From Macrostomum hystrix (taxonomy: Eukaryota > Animalia > Platyhelminthes), in contig CATNEN010000038.1 of the NCBI GenBank assembly GCA_950097015.1, positions 7,502,001-7,566,000 of the forward strand: a stretch of DNA of 64,000 bases, read 5' to 3'. Position numbers and translations under genes: made by a program. A model generated the notes under the pieces. It worked only from the letters and a program-made list of their open reading frames with translations. It searched no databases and had not been told where the DNA came from. Position 1 is the stretch's first letter. The number at the start of each line of letters is the position of its first letter. This document shows, piece by piece, positions 24,892 to 37,385 of the stretch.

Positions 24892-26424
24892 GCACTTGAT
24901 AGCGATAGCTGCAGCAGGAATTTCGTTAAGTATCAAGCAATGTTTGCCAATTTTGAGCTCCTGGTATGCGTTGTGAAAATTTAAGCCTTCATTTACACAA
25001 TTTGGCTTTCTGTCTGGTTGGAGCTCGAATCTCAAAAGTGAGCACTCTAATTCTCCAGTGTTTTAGTTCACATAGCCGCAAAATTCGTAGCAGAACCCGC
25101 TTTAGGTAGAAATCTGTGTGGGCGTGGTGACCAGGTCCCCAGTCCACGGACTGAACAGCATGTACCATGTACGCAGCCTTTCAATGCGTCGCGTCATGGA
25201 CTAGGTATCTTCTATCGCTTTATCAGAATAAAAAGCTTTTTTCGTTTTTCTTGTGTTCACAGATTTTCTGCTGTTGTGAGACTATACTACTGCAGTAGTT
25301 ACATTAAATTTAACATTTAAATTGTTGTTTTTTAGGCTTTGAGACTTTTGGCTTTTCAGTTTCATATTTTCTGTTGCACCATTTAAACCAGACAGATCCT
25401 ATCGTTCATAAATCGACAAGATTTTCATAATGGCTGTATCGATATAAACCAGAATTTACCTAATTTGCCTAATTCAATAGACGACAAATTTTCTGTAAAA
25501 TCTCTTCTATTTATACTCGTAAAAGCAATCAGACAAACTCAGAGACACTGGTAGGGAACATTACAAACCAATCAATCAAAGCCCCTTAACAGGTTTGTGC
25601 TGATTGGTCCTGATAATTTGCTTGTCCGGTCATTCAATTTGACCCATTTTGCTTCTGTTGCATACTCAAAACTGCTCTGAGTCCTGAAATCAGTTGAAAA
25701 TAAACCACTTCTGCCACAGTCTGAGCAGTGCGCGCAGGAAAGAGTCGACGAAAATTATTCCCGACGGAGTGGAAATATTTGCATCCCGTTTCGTACTCAG
25801 CGACAGTCGATGGAGGACCTAAAAGTGTTGGCGCAACAGCTTTGGATTCTGATGATGATTTATTGAAGTGCAAAAATGAAATACAAAGTCTTTTGCCAAG
25901 AATACTTTCGAAATAGGATCGCAACAAAAATTATTGCGAGTTTAAAAAAGTCTTTCTCTTTTAAGAACTCAACTTTTTCATTCGTTTCTGCACCGATCAA
26001 GACAGAGAAGGTGAGTAACAATTGATTGGGCTCATTCAGTGTCACAAATCAAAAGCGAATACATCAAGATTTCTAAGAAATAAAGTACTTTTAAAGTAGT
26101 CGAGAATCCCCGATTGGCTGGCCAATTGGCGAAGAACTCTTCGGGCTGGCCAATCAGCGACCACCAACTCAACAGTGGAACGAATTTAACTGCCAGAGCA
26201 TCCATCAGTGAAGTCAGTGAAATTCGATCTTTCTCACCAGCTGTGACTACCGGACGGCCAAGCCGAATGCAGTCGGTAGGAGATGCGAAGGCAGCTGGAC
26301 TTGCCAGCAGGTCTCGCGATCGTGGCCGGCGTCGTCTTGGTCAACCGCGCAAATCAAAGAGCTTCACGTCCGGCTTCAATGGCAGAGGAGGGGTGAGGAT
26401 CGTCGTTGAGATGCCTTTAGGGAG

Positions 26425-26790
26425 AGTAATATTATTAATTGCAGGAGGGCTGCGTGCAATGGCACATCATGTGGAGAACACTAGGCACGCAACGAGTGAG
26501 GAGGCAATTCTGCCCATTTCGCTGAATCCTGAGCACACACGCACAGTTACCCGCGTACACAGGCACACGCTCACACAGGTGTGTACATCTGCCCTGGCTT
26601 TCTCATCGTCAGGCAGTGTACAGTCTCACTGTGGCTAGGAGGTTGGCCCTCGAGGGAGTAAATTGCACGACAAGCCCCCAAGCCTTCTCTCCACGGCTGC
26701 GCCCCAAATGAATGTGGCCTCGCTGCAGAATCGAACTTATGGACCGTGGTGCGAGAGGCAAACGCGATAACCGCTCTGCCACCGACCCCC
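26425..26790 (-). mobile_element. tRNA-derived SINE family B, near full length
   Basis: Minus-strand head ggtggcagagcggttatcgcg...gttcgattct (A/B boxes), conserved body, (AAT)-like tail; five copies in the window. Confidence 0.75.
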
Positions 26791-28455
26791 TGGGAAGAGG
26801 GCTTAGCAGGTGCATTAGAATCGCACAAATTAACTTGAGAATACAAACTTAAAGACAAGAGCTGATTGTGAAATTCGAGTTGAACTGCAAAATATCTCCG
26901 TGTGTCACCTGTGTCACCTGTGCATATCTGGCTTTTGGGTCAGTCACGACAATCTTCTAGATGACTGTCGGTCAGGGTTGTTTTTCCTAGCCCAATTCTC
27001 ATGTCATTATCGTGTCTTGTAGCCCAATTCTCATGTCATTACCGTGTCTTGTCGTTAACGAAGGTCAGACGATTGTCCAAGGATCTCCCCCTAAAGAGTA
27101 TAAGGACTGGAAAATTATGTTTCTTAGAAACAGTTTGGGACGCGTGTTTTTGCCGAGAAATACAGTTATAAGATAGTAAGTCTTGACCTTTTTATAATTA
27201 AAAATACTATCGTTTTTGGAGGCAGGTACAAAGCTTTTCTTTTGATTTTTTATTACCTGACAATGAGTTTCTAAAATCTATATTCTTGAAAAGTCTATCT
27301 TTATACAGTTTTGTTTAATAGGCCTATATAAATAGCATTAACAGGGTCCAAGCATACACTGATAAAAAAGTTAATACAAGAGGTTAATTTAGAATATATA
27401 GTTATAAATTAACTATAGATCACTGAACCGAGAAAGGAGAAAACATGCAGCATGCACAGAAAAGAGAAAGATAATCTAAAATCGTTTTCACAAACAAAGC
27501 TAGAAAAATCGATAAAGCCAGAACTAAGGAAACAGGTGTGATAAAACTAAGCCTTTGAGCCACATGAAATTAAACACAATCACTCAATTTTTGTTTAAAA
27601 AACTCTTAAAACTGTCCTAGCTATCTCCGTGGGGTATTTTTAGGAAGAAACGGCCTCCTAAACATTTTCTAAGAAACTTAGTTTCCCGTGCTTCTACTCC
27701 CAGTGGTCCTTGGCTGAACCCCGCCTTGAATATTCTCAGATGAGGCTGAGCGAAAAAACTACTGATTCTTAGAAACGATGGTAGATTGCAGCGCAGCCAG
27801 CGACATGTTTACCACTGTGTTTGTTTACAAATCATTCCACACGACTCATTAGGAGCATAAATCTCTCTCACCCGAGCTCATTGCCACCATGCGGCTCAGC
27901 GAAGCAGCGAACGCGGAGTTGCTAATGCGGGAGGATCGGCTGGGCAGAATTGCTTTCACGACTTTCTAAGAAAGTTTGTCCGCCTGACTTGGCATTTTGC
28001 AGCACAAGATTTTTTCAGCAACAGAAAAAAGTCTGAACTGAGCAGGAAATAGTGAGATGGCTGTCTGTGATTTTCGATTTTGCCATTAGCAATCCACTTT
28101 GCAGTTTGCTCCAGACACAACAAATTAGGTACTAACTAACCTCGCTTTTGTGTTGCTAAGGTAGACAATAAATTTTGAGCAAGAACTGTGATTGAAAAGT
28201 TAGTGCTTCTTTGGTCTTCATAAGACAGGGCAACCTTTAAGATATCAAAATTACGGAGTGGCGCACGTACTACAATTCTGGCAAAAGAGCTTTCAGATGG
28301 TCTTTGAAGGCACGTTTCTGAACCAAGAATCAAGTCGTCACCTTTCTAGAACGGCGATATATTCAACGATAATAACTCTAAAACACAAACACAAACACAA
28401 ACGCCTTGCCAAATGAGCGTTAAAAGTCCATTGTTGTCCATGCATTTCATTTTAG

Positions 28456-31400
28456 CTTGCGGGCCATTTCGACGGCATCAACCAGCTGGCTCAGAAGCGG
28501 GACCGGCTGCGTTCGCGAGCCATCGACCGGATGCTGCTGGCCGATCAGGAGTCCAGGAAGCGGGAGGTTCAGCTGCTCATGATCGGTGAGCGGTGGCGTG
28601 CTATCACCAGAATTATTATCGAAGCGTTCTTGAGTTTATCGCTTGATTTGGAGCAAAGCCAAAATGTAAATGCAATGCAATGCAAATGTAGTAGCCTTGT
28701 GGTTAGAGCGTCCGACTAACGAATTGAAGGTCGGGGGTTCGATTTCTATTGGAACAATGTAAATTTGTAAACGATATAACGATGTAATGTAAACTTAATG
28801 TAAATGTAATATAAATGTAATGTAATTGTAATGTAATTAATGTAAATTTAATGTAATTGTAATGTAAGTTTTTTATGTGAAACAGTAAAAATTTAAAGGT
28901 GAAATAAGCAGACTATATCGCAAGACTTTTGCTCTAACTTCTGTAGCCAAAAACTGCTTGGCTTGAAGCCAGTCTACTGAGTCTGTTCCATGTCACGGAG
29001 ACACAAAAGACACGGCTCCGTGCTGTTTGCAGCCAAGAAAATAACCGAAACAGAAAAGCGTTGTTTGAGTCTAAAAGGAGATGGCGAAGTAAAATTGCGT
29101 GACCGCTTCCACATCCGCTCCGCTGACCCTTTCTTGCCGCTTTTTAGCTACGTTTTACACGCAAAGTCCATCTAGGCAAACAGCTCTGAAATTAAACTTC
29201 GTTACAGCTTTGATGGACTCAGCAAACAGAATACACATGGCGGTGCATTGCTGAGAGGGTATCAGGCTAATAAATCTATAATGTTGATAATTATTGCAGA
29301 AGGGCTGTGGGCAATGGCACACCATTTGGTGACGCTAGACCTGCAACCAGCGAGGAGGCAATTCTGCCCATTTCGCTGACTCCTGAGCACACACGCACAC
29401 AAATACTTTACGCAGGCACACGCTCACACATGTGTGTACATCTGCCCTGACTTTCTCATCGCCAGGCAGTGTACACTCTCACTGTGCCCTGGAGGTTGGC
29501 CCTCAAGGGACACGACAGGCCCCCAAGCCTTCTCTCCGCTCCTGCGCCCTATATAAATGTGGCCTCCCCGCGTAATCGAACTCAGCAGGGACCTTGGCGC
29601 GAGAGGCAAACTCGTTAACTGCTAAAAAGTCAACTCAGACGAACAAGTATTTAGAAGATGTACACCAGGCCCAGTCCTATTCGATCTATCTCTACCTATC
29701 TATCGATACCAGGAGACGCCGGCAGTGGCAAGAGCACTTTGCTCCGTCAGCTTCGCATTCCCCATGGCGACGCGTTTCCAGACGAGAAGCGACGCAAGCT
29801 GGCGAGCCGAGTTCTGGAGAACCTGGCTGACGGCGTGCACATTGTGCTGGAGAACATGCGGGTTCGCGATTGCCAGTTCAAGGACGAATATGTCAGGGTG
29901 AGATGATCGATGTGGTTTTTCTTGCTTTGAATGTCCAGGAGTTTAGTCAACAATATTTAAGACAATCAAGATAAACGCTCGTCAAAGACTTTAACTACCA
30001 ACGAAGCGAAGCGCAAAACTCGTAGACAATACAAACTTAAGGCTGAAATATAACGCCCGTGTCTCAGGCACACAAAAAGGAAATTAAATAGAAAGTGCAG
30101 GGAATAGAAATTGAAGACGCCTGTTTCAATACTCGGTGGAGGCTGAGTGGTTAGGATTAGAACTAACTGGTACAGTGGAACTGCAGTGAGCAGTCAAATT
30201 AACGAGCCGTCTTAAGTTTTTTTGAAATTTTTTCCTGCGATTTTTGAAGCAGAGGCAGAGCGTCAGTTTTTTGCTCATCAGTTAAAAAAGTCGAGAATAC
30301 GAGCTACTGTCTTGAGCATGCTTCTGAGTAGCATTACCGAAACGAGCTAGTGCTGCTTGACTAACCAGTGTTTGCATCCAAAGGCTATAGGGCTTGAATC
30401 AGGACATTGCGCTGCATTGTCTAACGCATGTCTTAGTGCTAGAGTGTGCCAGTTGTCTAAAATAGCATGAATAGAGTTTTAAGACTCTTGCACACGATTT
30501 TCAGGACATGGCTGCCGAGTTCCTCGCCCACTGCCCTCGCTTCAACCGCTGCATCTTCCGGGTGCCCAACCGACTGGCCGGCGTTGTCGACAGCATCCAC
30601 TTTGCGCGCGTTGAATACGCCGACGCTGGCATTCAGAGCGACGATGACGACTGCGACAGCCAGCCAGAGGAAGGACTTTGTCAGCTTGTGGAGGCCGAGG
30701 AGGCGGATGATGCGGAAGGCTCCGATGGCCCGAATCACCGCAATGGCTCGGGCTCTCCATCGCTGATTTTCTACTACGACCTTCTGGCTAAGGAGTCAAT
30801 GACTAATCCGGAGACTGTTGACTTGGCGGAAGACGCCACGGCTGCATCGGCTAGAAACTCGAGTTCCCTGGCACCCAGCTACGTCAGCACGCTAGATTTC
30901 GCTTCGTTGCGTCGTCAGCTCGATACGCTCACGGCGGAGTCGTCGCGGAGGAAGGCGCGAGTCGGCTCCGATGGCTCCGTGGCTCAGCATTTTGTGCGGC
31001 ACCTGAAGAACATTACTTCCCAGCCCGAATTCGAACAGAGCCTGCTCGAGGCGGAGTACTTTCGACCGGAAATCACCTACGCTGAGCTCTAGTAAGTCGG
31101 GCACAAATTATGAAAAAAAATTCAACTGTAGAGAGCAAGACATCTAGCCAAGCTGAAAAAACCTCCAGCTTCATCAAGCACGTGGACCGCCTGATCCAGG
31201 ATGACTACCTGCCAAGCCTGCAGGACATTCTGGCGATGCGGCTGCCGAATCACGCGGTCCGCGAGGCCAACTTCCTCATCGGTGGCTGCACCTTCAGGTG
31301 AGCTAGTGGCTTAAATAACTTCGGTTTAAACATGTTTGTTTTCGTCAAAGTTAACTTGTCTTATTTTACTCGTACCTGCGGAACTTTAAAATAGCCAAAG

Positions 31401-32953
31401 AATTTCCCGCGTACTTATAAGCATATCACATTGCTTAACATCAGCCCATGAAAACTTAACCCTACGGTGGGAAAAGTAAATACCATTTACAGGACATGTG
31501 AGCTTTGTTCCGTGCTTATGGTGAGCATCAGGTTTGCCTGCTTCAGATAAACTCAAACCAGAGTCACCTGTGTGTGTGGAGGGGGAAATTATTCCCTGCC
31601 TTTTCGGTGAGATGAGAATAGTGAATTTATAATTAGACCCTAACGTTAAGGACAGGCTGAATACAGACAAATGGCACTCGAATTTCATCACTTGGAATCC
31701 GATTGTTCATTCATTTCCTTGCCGCCTCAGAATCATAGACATGGCCGACCACCGGCGGCAGAGATGCCGATGGCTGCACTACTTCGAGGACGTCAGCGCG
31801 GTACTGTTTGTCACTTCTCTGACAAGCTTCGCTGAACTTGTCGAGGATGGCGATCGGATAGTAAGAGCAGGGCAGAGCAGGGCAGAGCAGGGCAGGGCAG
31901 GGCAGAGCAGGGCAGAGCAGGGCAGAGCAGAGCAGGGCAGAGCAGGGCAGGGCAGAGCAGGGCAGAGCAGGGCAGAGCAGAGCAGGGCAGAGCAGGGCAG
32001 AGCAGGGCAGAGCAGGGCAGAGCAGGGCAGAGCAGGGCAGAGCAGGGCAGGGCAGGGCAGAGCAGGGCAGGGCAGAGCAGGGCAGAGCAGGGCAGAGCAG
32101 GGCAGAGCAGGGCAGAGCAGGGCAGAGCAGGGCAGAGCAGGGCAGAGCAGGGCAGAGCAGGGCAGAGCAGGGCAGAGCAGGGCAGAGCAGGGCAGAGCAG
32201 GGCAGAGCAGAGCAGGGCAGGGAAGAGCAGGGCAGGGCAGAGTAGGGCAGAGCAGGGCAGAGCAGGGCAGAGCAGGGCAGAGCAGGGCAGAGCAGGGCAG
32301 GGCAGAGCAGGGCAGAGCAGGGCAGAGCAGGGCAGGGCAGAGCAGGGCAGGGCAGAGCAGAGCAGGGCAGGGAAGAGCAGGGCAGGGCAGAGTAGGGCAG
32401 AGCAGGGCAGAGCAGGGCAGTGCAAGTTTTATAAAAAAAGACTATACTAATATTTCCCCACCATCCAGACGGTGAAAATGACCGAGTGTCTCAAACTATT
32501 TGCCGAAGTGGCCAACAACAAGCACCTGTGGAAGAAGGACCTATTACTGTTTCTTAACAAGCTAGACCTGTTCGAGCAGGCCCTGCGGAAGAAGAGCATT
32601 GCTGGCTTGTTTCCAGACTACAGAGGTAAGAGCACACCAGATATTTTTCCTTTCTCGGTCAGAAGTCCAAAAAAGCTCTATCTAGCTTTAGAATTTTTAG
32701 AACATTATAAACTAATTGTACTTACGGTTTTACTCAAAAATACTCATTTTGAGGTCACGACGAGGTGTCTGAGAGCAGCCAGTTCATCAAGGAAAAATTT
32801 CTGGGCCAGCTGCCAAAGAACCTGCCCAAGTCCAAGCGAGTATTTGCCCACGTGATCAGCGCCATAGACATCGAGGGAATGCGCGCAACCTTCGGCGAGG
32901 TGCTGCGAAGAATCGCCGACGCTAATCTCAAACGCGCGCTCCACGTGTTCTGA
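28456..32953 (+). CDS. Atypical heterotrimeric G-protein alpha subunit (start exon not located)
   Basis: Phase-compatible exons 28456-28585, 29713-29897, 30505-31091, 31169-31297, 31731-31860, 32469-32625, 32754-32953; EVQLLMIGDAGSGKST, YLPSLQDIL, RWLHYFEDVSAVLFV, LLLFLNKLDLF, HVISAID. Confidence 0.88.
28755..28870. repeat. (AATGT)-type low-complexity repeat after a SINE-A head fragment
   Basis: Direct reading. Confidence 0.7.
29290..29620 (-). mobile_element. tRNA-SINE family B copy (G-alpha intron)
   Basis: Colinear with 26440-26780. Confidence 0.75.
31864..32420. repeat. (RGCAG)n pentamer microsatellite filling a G-alpha intron
   Basis: agcag/ggcag units between the donor gtaag at 31861 and the acceptor at 32468. 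Confidence 0.95.
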
Positions 32954-33149
32954 TCTGCTTAGAAAGAAGAAGGGCGCAAGACTCGACTTGAAGAAAAGAA
33001 AATGATGTTAGATAGGACTTTGAAAAGGAAATTGCAGTTAGTTTTAAAGCTGGTTTCTTCTAGGTTTGTTCCACTGGCATCTTTAGCCTAATACCCCGTT
33101 TGTGGAACTGCACTTTCCTGTTCAGTAAAATATAAGACAATTAATTGAT

Positions 33150-33449
33150 TGCACCTGCCCCAATCGGCCAGATGTGCAGCCGACAGCACAAAAATACTCA
33201 CAGCCACAGCTATTGGGCGGCGCATCTGAAGGCTGCGTACAGCTGTTCAGTCCATGGACTGGGGGGACGCCACACCCACCTTCAATTATCCCAGCTAATG
33301 CTGGTACCCATTTAACAGCTGGGTGGACTGAAGCAATGCAGAGTTGAGTGTCTTGCTGAAAGATACAAATTTTTCCAGCGGAGCCGGGAATCGAACCCCC
33401 GACCTTCGAGTCGTCAGTCGGACACTCTAACCACAAGTCCACAAGGTTC
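33150..33449 (-). mobile_element. tRNA-derived SINE family A (CORE-like)
   Basis: Reverse-complement homologue of 7024-7290 with intact B box ggttcgattcc. Confidence 0.8.
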
Positions 33450-36009
33450 AGAGGTCTCTAAAAATGTTCCCAAAATGTTTTCCTAATTAGACACTCGCAA
33501 TAGATGAAATTCCCGAATACAAACAGTGCACGCAGTAGTCTCATGCAGGCCTCCAAAATGATTGAATGTTGATTAGACAATGGTTATTCACCATTTCTTT
33601 AACGGATTTTAGCTATAGAAAATGGCCCACAAATTTTTGTCACGAATCGAATGTTTGCTAAAGCTTTATTCTGCTTTAGTTGTCCTTGTTGGCGTACCTG
33701 TACACCAATTATTATACTATTTTTACAAATACCATTACTTATTCCTACTATGAATAGCAGCCATGCATTAGTGCTAAATGTTTTCTGATAATAAAGTGCA
33801 CGTTTTGTTGTTCCTAAATTCAAGTAATGCAAGTAAAAATTTACTCAAATTTATAATCAATATCCCTCATTGATATGTTTCAGGAACGTTTCAGGAAGAC
33901 GACACCGAGAATTATTTTCTTCAAATAATGTACGAGCCTAATGCACAGTGAAATATTTTACAATGATCCCAAGTCAGAGAATGCGAGAGACAAGCATATG
34001 CCATAAGCTAAGCTAAGTCTGCCAATCATGCATAGGTGCACTGCAGTTTCTAAGTAGACCAGGTGGTCGCTACCCACTTTCTCCACTTCCGCAATCGGTG
34101 AAAAACTGTCGTGAAAAAAATCTTAACAAAAAGACCAGAACACGAGGTCCCCTTATGTTCTGTACTCAACACTGCCAAAGTCAGTCTGTAATGCTCTCTC
34201 TCTCACCCCAGCACAAAATCCTGCGGTCCTCAGGGTGGGTCACGCAATGCATCGGTATCTATGAGAGCTAAAATGAACTCATGCTCCAACACGGACGTTG
34301 AGAGGCTAAGAGAACCGTCTTTCCGCTCAGCCGTCTCAACCGCGAGGGCAGCCCCATAAGCTCTTGACAATGCTCTTGGAGACTGCTGGCAAAGAACCGC
34401 TGAGTTGAAGAAGGCAGTCAGTCCGTGCTGGTTGCTGGTTGCTGAAGCCAATTTGATGATTGATTGCGTGCAAGCGACACCTCCAAGATCACAAAATGGC
34501 AAGACAAAACCGTTGAATTAGTTACTTGTATTGAAATCGTCGGCCAGGATTTCTCGTGTATTACGAGTAAGTACTGATCCAATTGATAATTTTTAGGTTT
34601 CTTTATACGAAATCGATTAAGTTTGATAACTTCTTTAAAAATCTATCACAGTTTTCGATAATTTTAATCGAGAATCGTTTAAAAATTAATATGAAAAGGA
34701 TAAATAATGGTAAACAAACAAATGACTCTACTGATCAAGTAATAAGTGAGGAGCAATGATCACTCACATGTTACGAATTCGTGCGTCTCTCAAAAATGTC
34801 TACCTAAAGTAACGGGGCACGCAATATGTGTATAAAAGCAGTTAAATGCAGTAACCAGGTTTTTCCAGAAGCAATTGGAAATTGTTTTCTGATCTCAAAG
34901 TCTTACTGAAGCAGCGTGCATGAATACTACTACTGGTCCTGATTACTACGACAGAAAAAAATCGAAATTTTAGACTTCAAGGTTGATGCTTGAGCAGAAC
35001 TCAAAGTCACGTGATAGAATGTAATATTCGAACACCAGATGGGTCCCTTGTTTATTATCTGCTTCAGCTACTTTCAACTGTTCGTCTGTATAGCGTTTGT
35101 ATGATAAATTTTCTTTTTAGTATATTCGACTCGCAACTTTGCCCCCTTTTGGGAGCTTAAACCTGCATGGAAATATTTGTGCAATTTAAAAAGTTTTGCA
35201 GTCTGTCAAACAATGCTACCCTTCCGATAAATCGTACTATCCCTCTATAATTCATGCTACTCCTTCGATAATTCATTATAACCCCTAGATAATTTATGCT
35301 ACTCACTGCCATCCCTAAATAAATAATTGTTGTAGTGCTTCTTCTAATTTGCACTTTCCTAGTAATCAAAATCTTCTAATATACTAAAAATGAAAATCTT
35401 GCTTGCTTGCTTGTAATTGATTTTCTCCCGAACGGCTCAACCGATTTTCACAATTTCTTCACCAAAAGATGCCAAATATGGGGACACATATACACGTATT
35501 TTTATTAAGCTTAATTCCATTGCCAAGGGGATTAAATATTCGAAAAACAGTTTTAAATAGGCTTTTCTAATGCATTCTTGTTTTCAGCTTGTGCACAGTG
35601 AGGCTCCAGTGCCAATTTTAATGATTGCATCAGAGCCAGTTTTGTTAGGCGAGCGTACTGATAAGGAATTTCTCACCCAAATGTGCATAGCTGTGTCAAC
35701 CCCACTGGCGAGATAATTACTGCCCAATGTGCACAGGCTGAGCTGGCTTCTGTTATCTGTTCGGCACTGAGATATTTTTTTATTTTATTTATTGAGTATT
35801 ATTCAAACTCATTTAGCAGATATAGCAGATTTCAATTATAGCAGATTCACATTCACATCACAGCATACTCCAAAGGCAACAGCTGAGAACTGAATTGATT
35901 CAAGTGATCAGCCTTTCTTGGCAGCGAGTAACATTTTTTGATGATACTTGCTTACTTACTTGCTTACTTGCTTACTTGCTTAATTACTTGCTTAGTTACT
36001 TCCAAAAAG

Positions 36010-36790
36010 CATTGATAGATATCTAGGCTCAGCATTATTAGATATCTAGGCTCAACATTTTTATAGATATATACTAGGCACAGGATTGATAGTTATCTAC
36101 GCTCAACATTTTTATAGATATATACTAGGCACAGGATTGATAGTTATCTACGCTCAACATTTTTATAGATATCTAGGCTCAGCATTGATAGTTATCCAGG
36201 CTCAGCATTGATAGATATCTAGGCTCAGCATTGATAGTTATCTAGGCTCAGCATTGATAGTTATCCAGGCTCAGCATTGATAGATATCTAGGCTCAGCAT
36301 TGATAGTTATCTAGGCTCAGAATCGATAGATATTAAAGCTCAGCATTGATAGTTATCTAGGCCTAGAATTGATAGTTATCTAGGCTCAGAATTGATAGTT
36401 ATCTAGGCCCAGAATTGATAGTTATCTAGGCCCAGAATTGATAGTTATCTAGGCTCAGCATTGATAGTTATCTAGGCTCAACATTTTTATAGATAACTAG
36501 GCTCAGCATTGATAGTTATCTATGCTCAGCATTGATAGTTATCTAGGCTCAGCATTGATAGTTATCTATGCTAAGCATTGATAGTTATCTAGGCTGAACA
36601 TTGAAAGATATCTAGGCTCAGAATTAATAGATTCCTAGGCTCAGAATCGATACATATTTGGGCTCAACATTTTTTAGATATATACGCACAGCATTGATAG
36701 ATTTCGAGGCTCAACATTTTTATAGAAATCTAGGCTCGGAATGGATAGATATCTAAGCTCAGAAATTAGAATTGATAAGATACATAGGCT
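36010..36790. repeat. 23-bp minisatellite (gctcagcattgatagttatctag) inside the autonomous Helitron
   Basis: Direct tandem repeats. Confidence 0.9.
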
Positions 36791-37385
36791 CTGAATTTGT
36801 AAAAAAGCACTGAAATTTATGTAAGGCACAACAATGACTGATTCGATGGCACAGCACTGTCATATTTCAAGGCACAACAGTGACATACAAGTCTCATCAA
36901 GGCTCAAGGCTATCACGATGTGGTAATCGGTCAGTGGACGCATTTATTTCGCATCTATTGAGAGTTGAGACGTGAAAGGCATATGAGGAAAGAAATGAAC
37001 TTTGACGCTATCATATTGAAATTTGGGCGCACTGGCCCACCCAAGCCAAGTCCTTATTTTAGGCTGGCTCAGGCAATGTACATTATCCGCCCCCTTGTTC
37101 CGAAATGTGCACGCACGGGCCGGAGAGCCCACACCCCATTCCATCGGTTTTCAAGATTTCAAGCGGTCAGAGGTCCGTTTTATCGATTTTTACCCTAGGT
37201 CTTAAGATAAGATCCGATTCAGCCCACTGGGATGATATATAGCTTGCAAATTAGTGTGGTTATAAAGGCACCTTATCTGATTCTTCAGACATCGAAATTC
37301 AAATCCAAATTCACAACCTATCTCTCTTTCAAGCCTTTCACTATTTCTCAACTTTTCATTTCATTTCACTTTTCAGTTCTCAATC

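Noticed and set aside
25634-26400. Short ORFs between the Rho and G-alpha genes
   Set aside because: No recognisable domain or consistent exon chain; a small gene cannot be excluded without transcript data.
26590-26625. Hammerhead-like CTGACGA...GAAA in SINE B (minus strand)
   Set aside because: Only 3 nt separate the core boxes, so there is no stem II.
29295-29390. HDV-like ribozyme (minus strand gcc-tcctcgct-ggt matches P3/L3)
   Set aside because: I could not build P1/P1.1/P2 pairings, and the P3 pairing is not conserved in the 26490 copy.
31741-32475. 244-aa ORF with RAGQS repeats
   Set aside because: Read-through of an intronic pentamer microsatellite; GT/AG sites at 31861 and 32468 restore the G-alpha frame.
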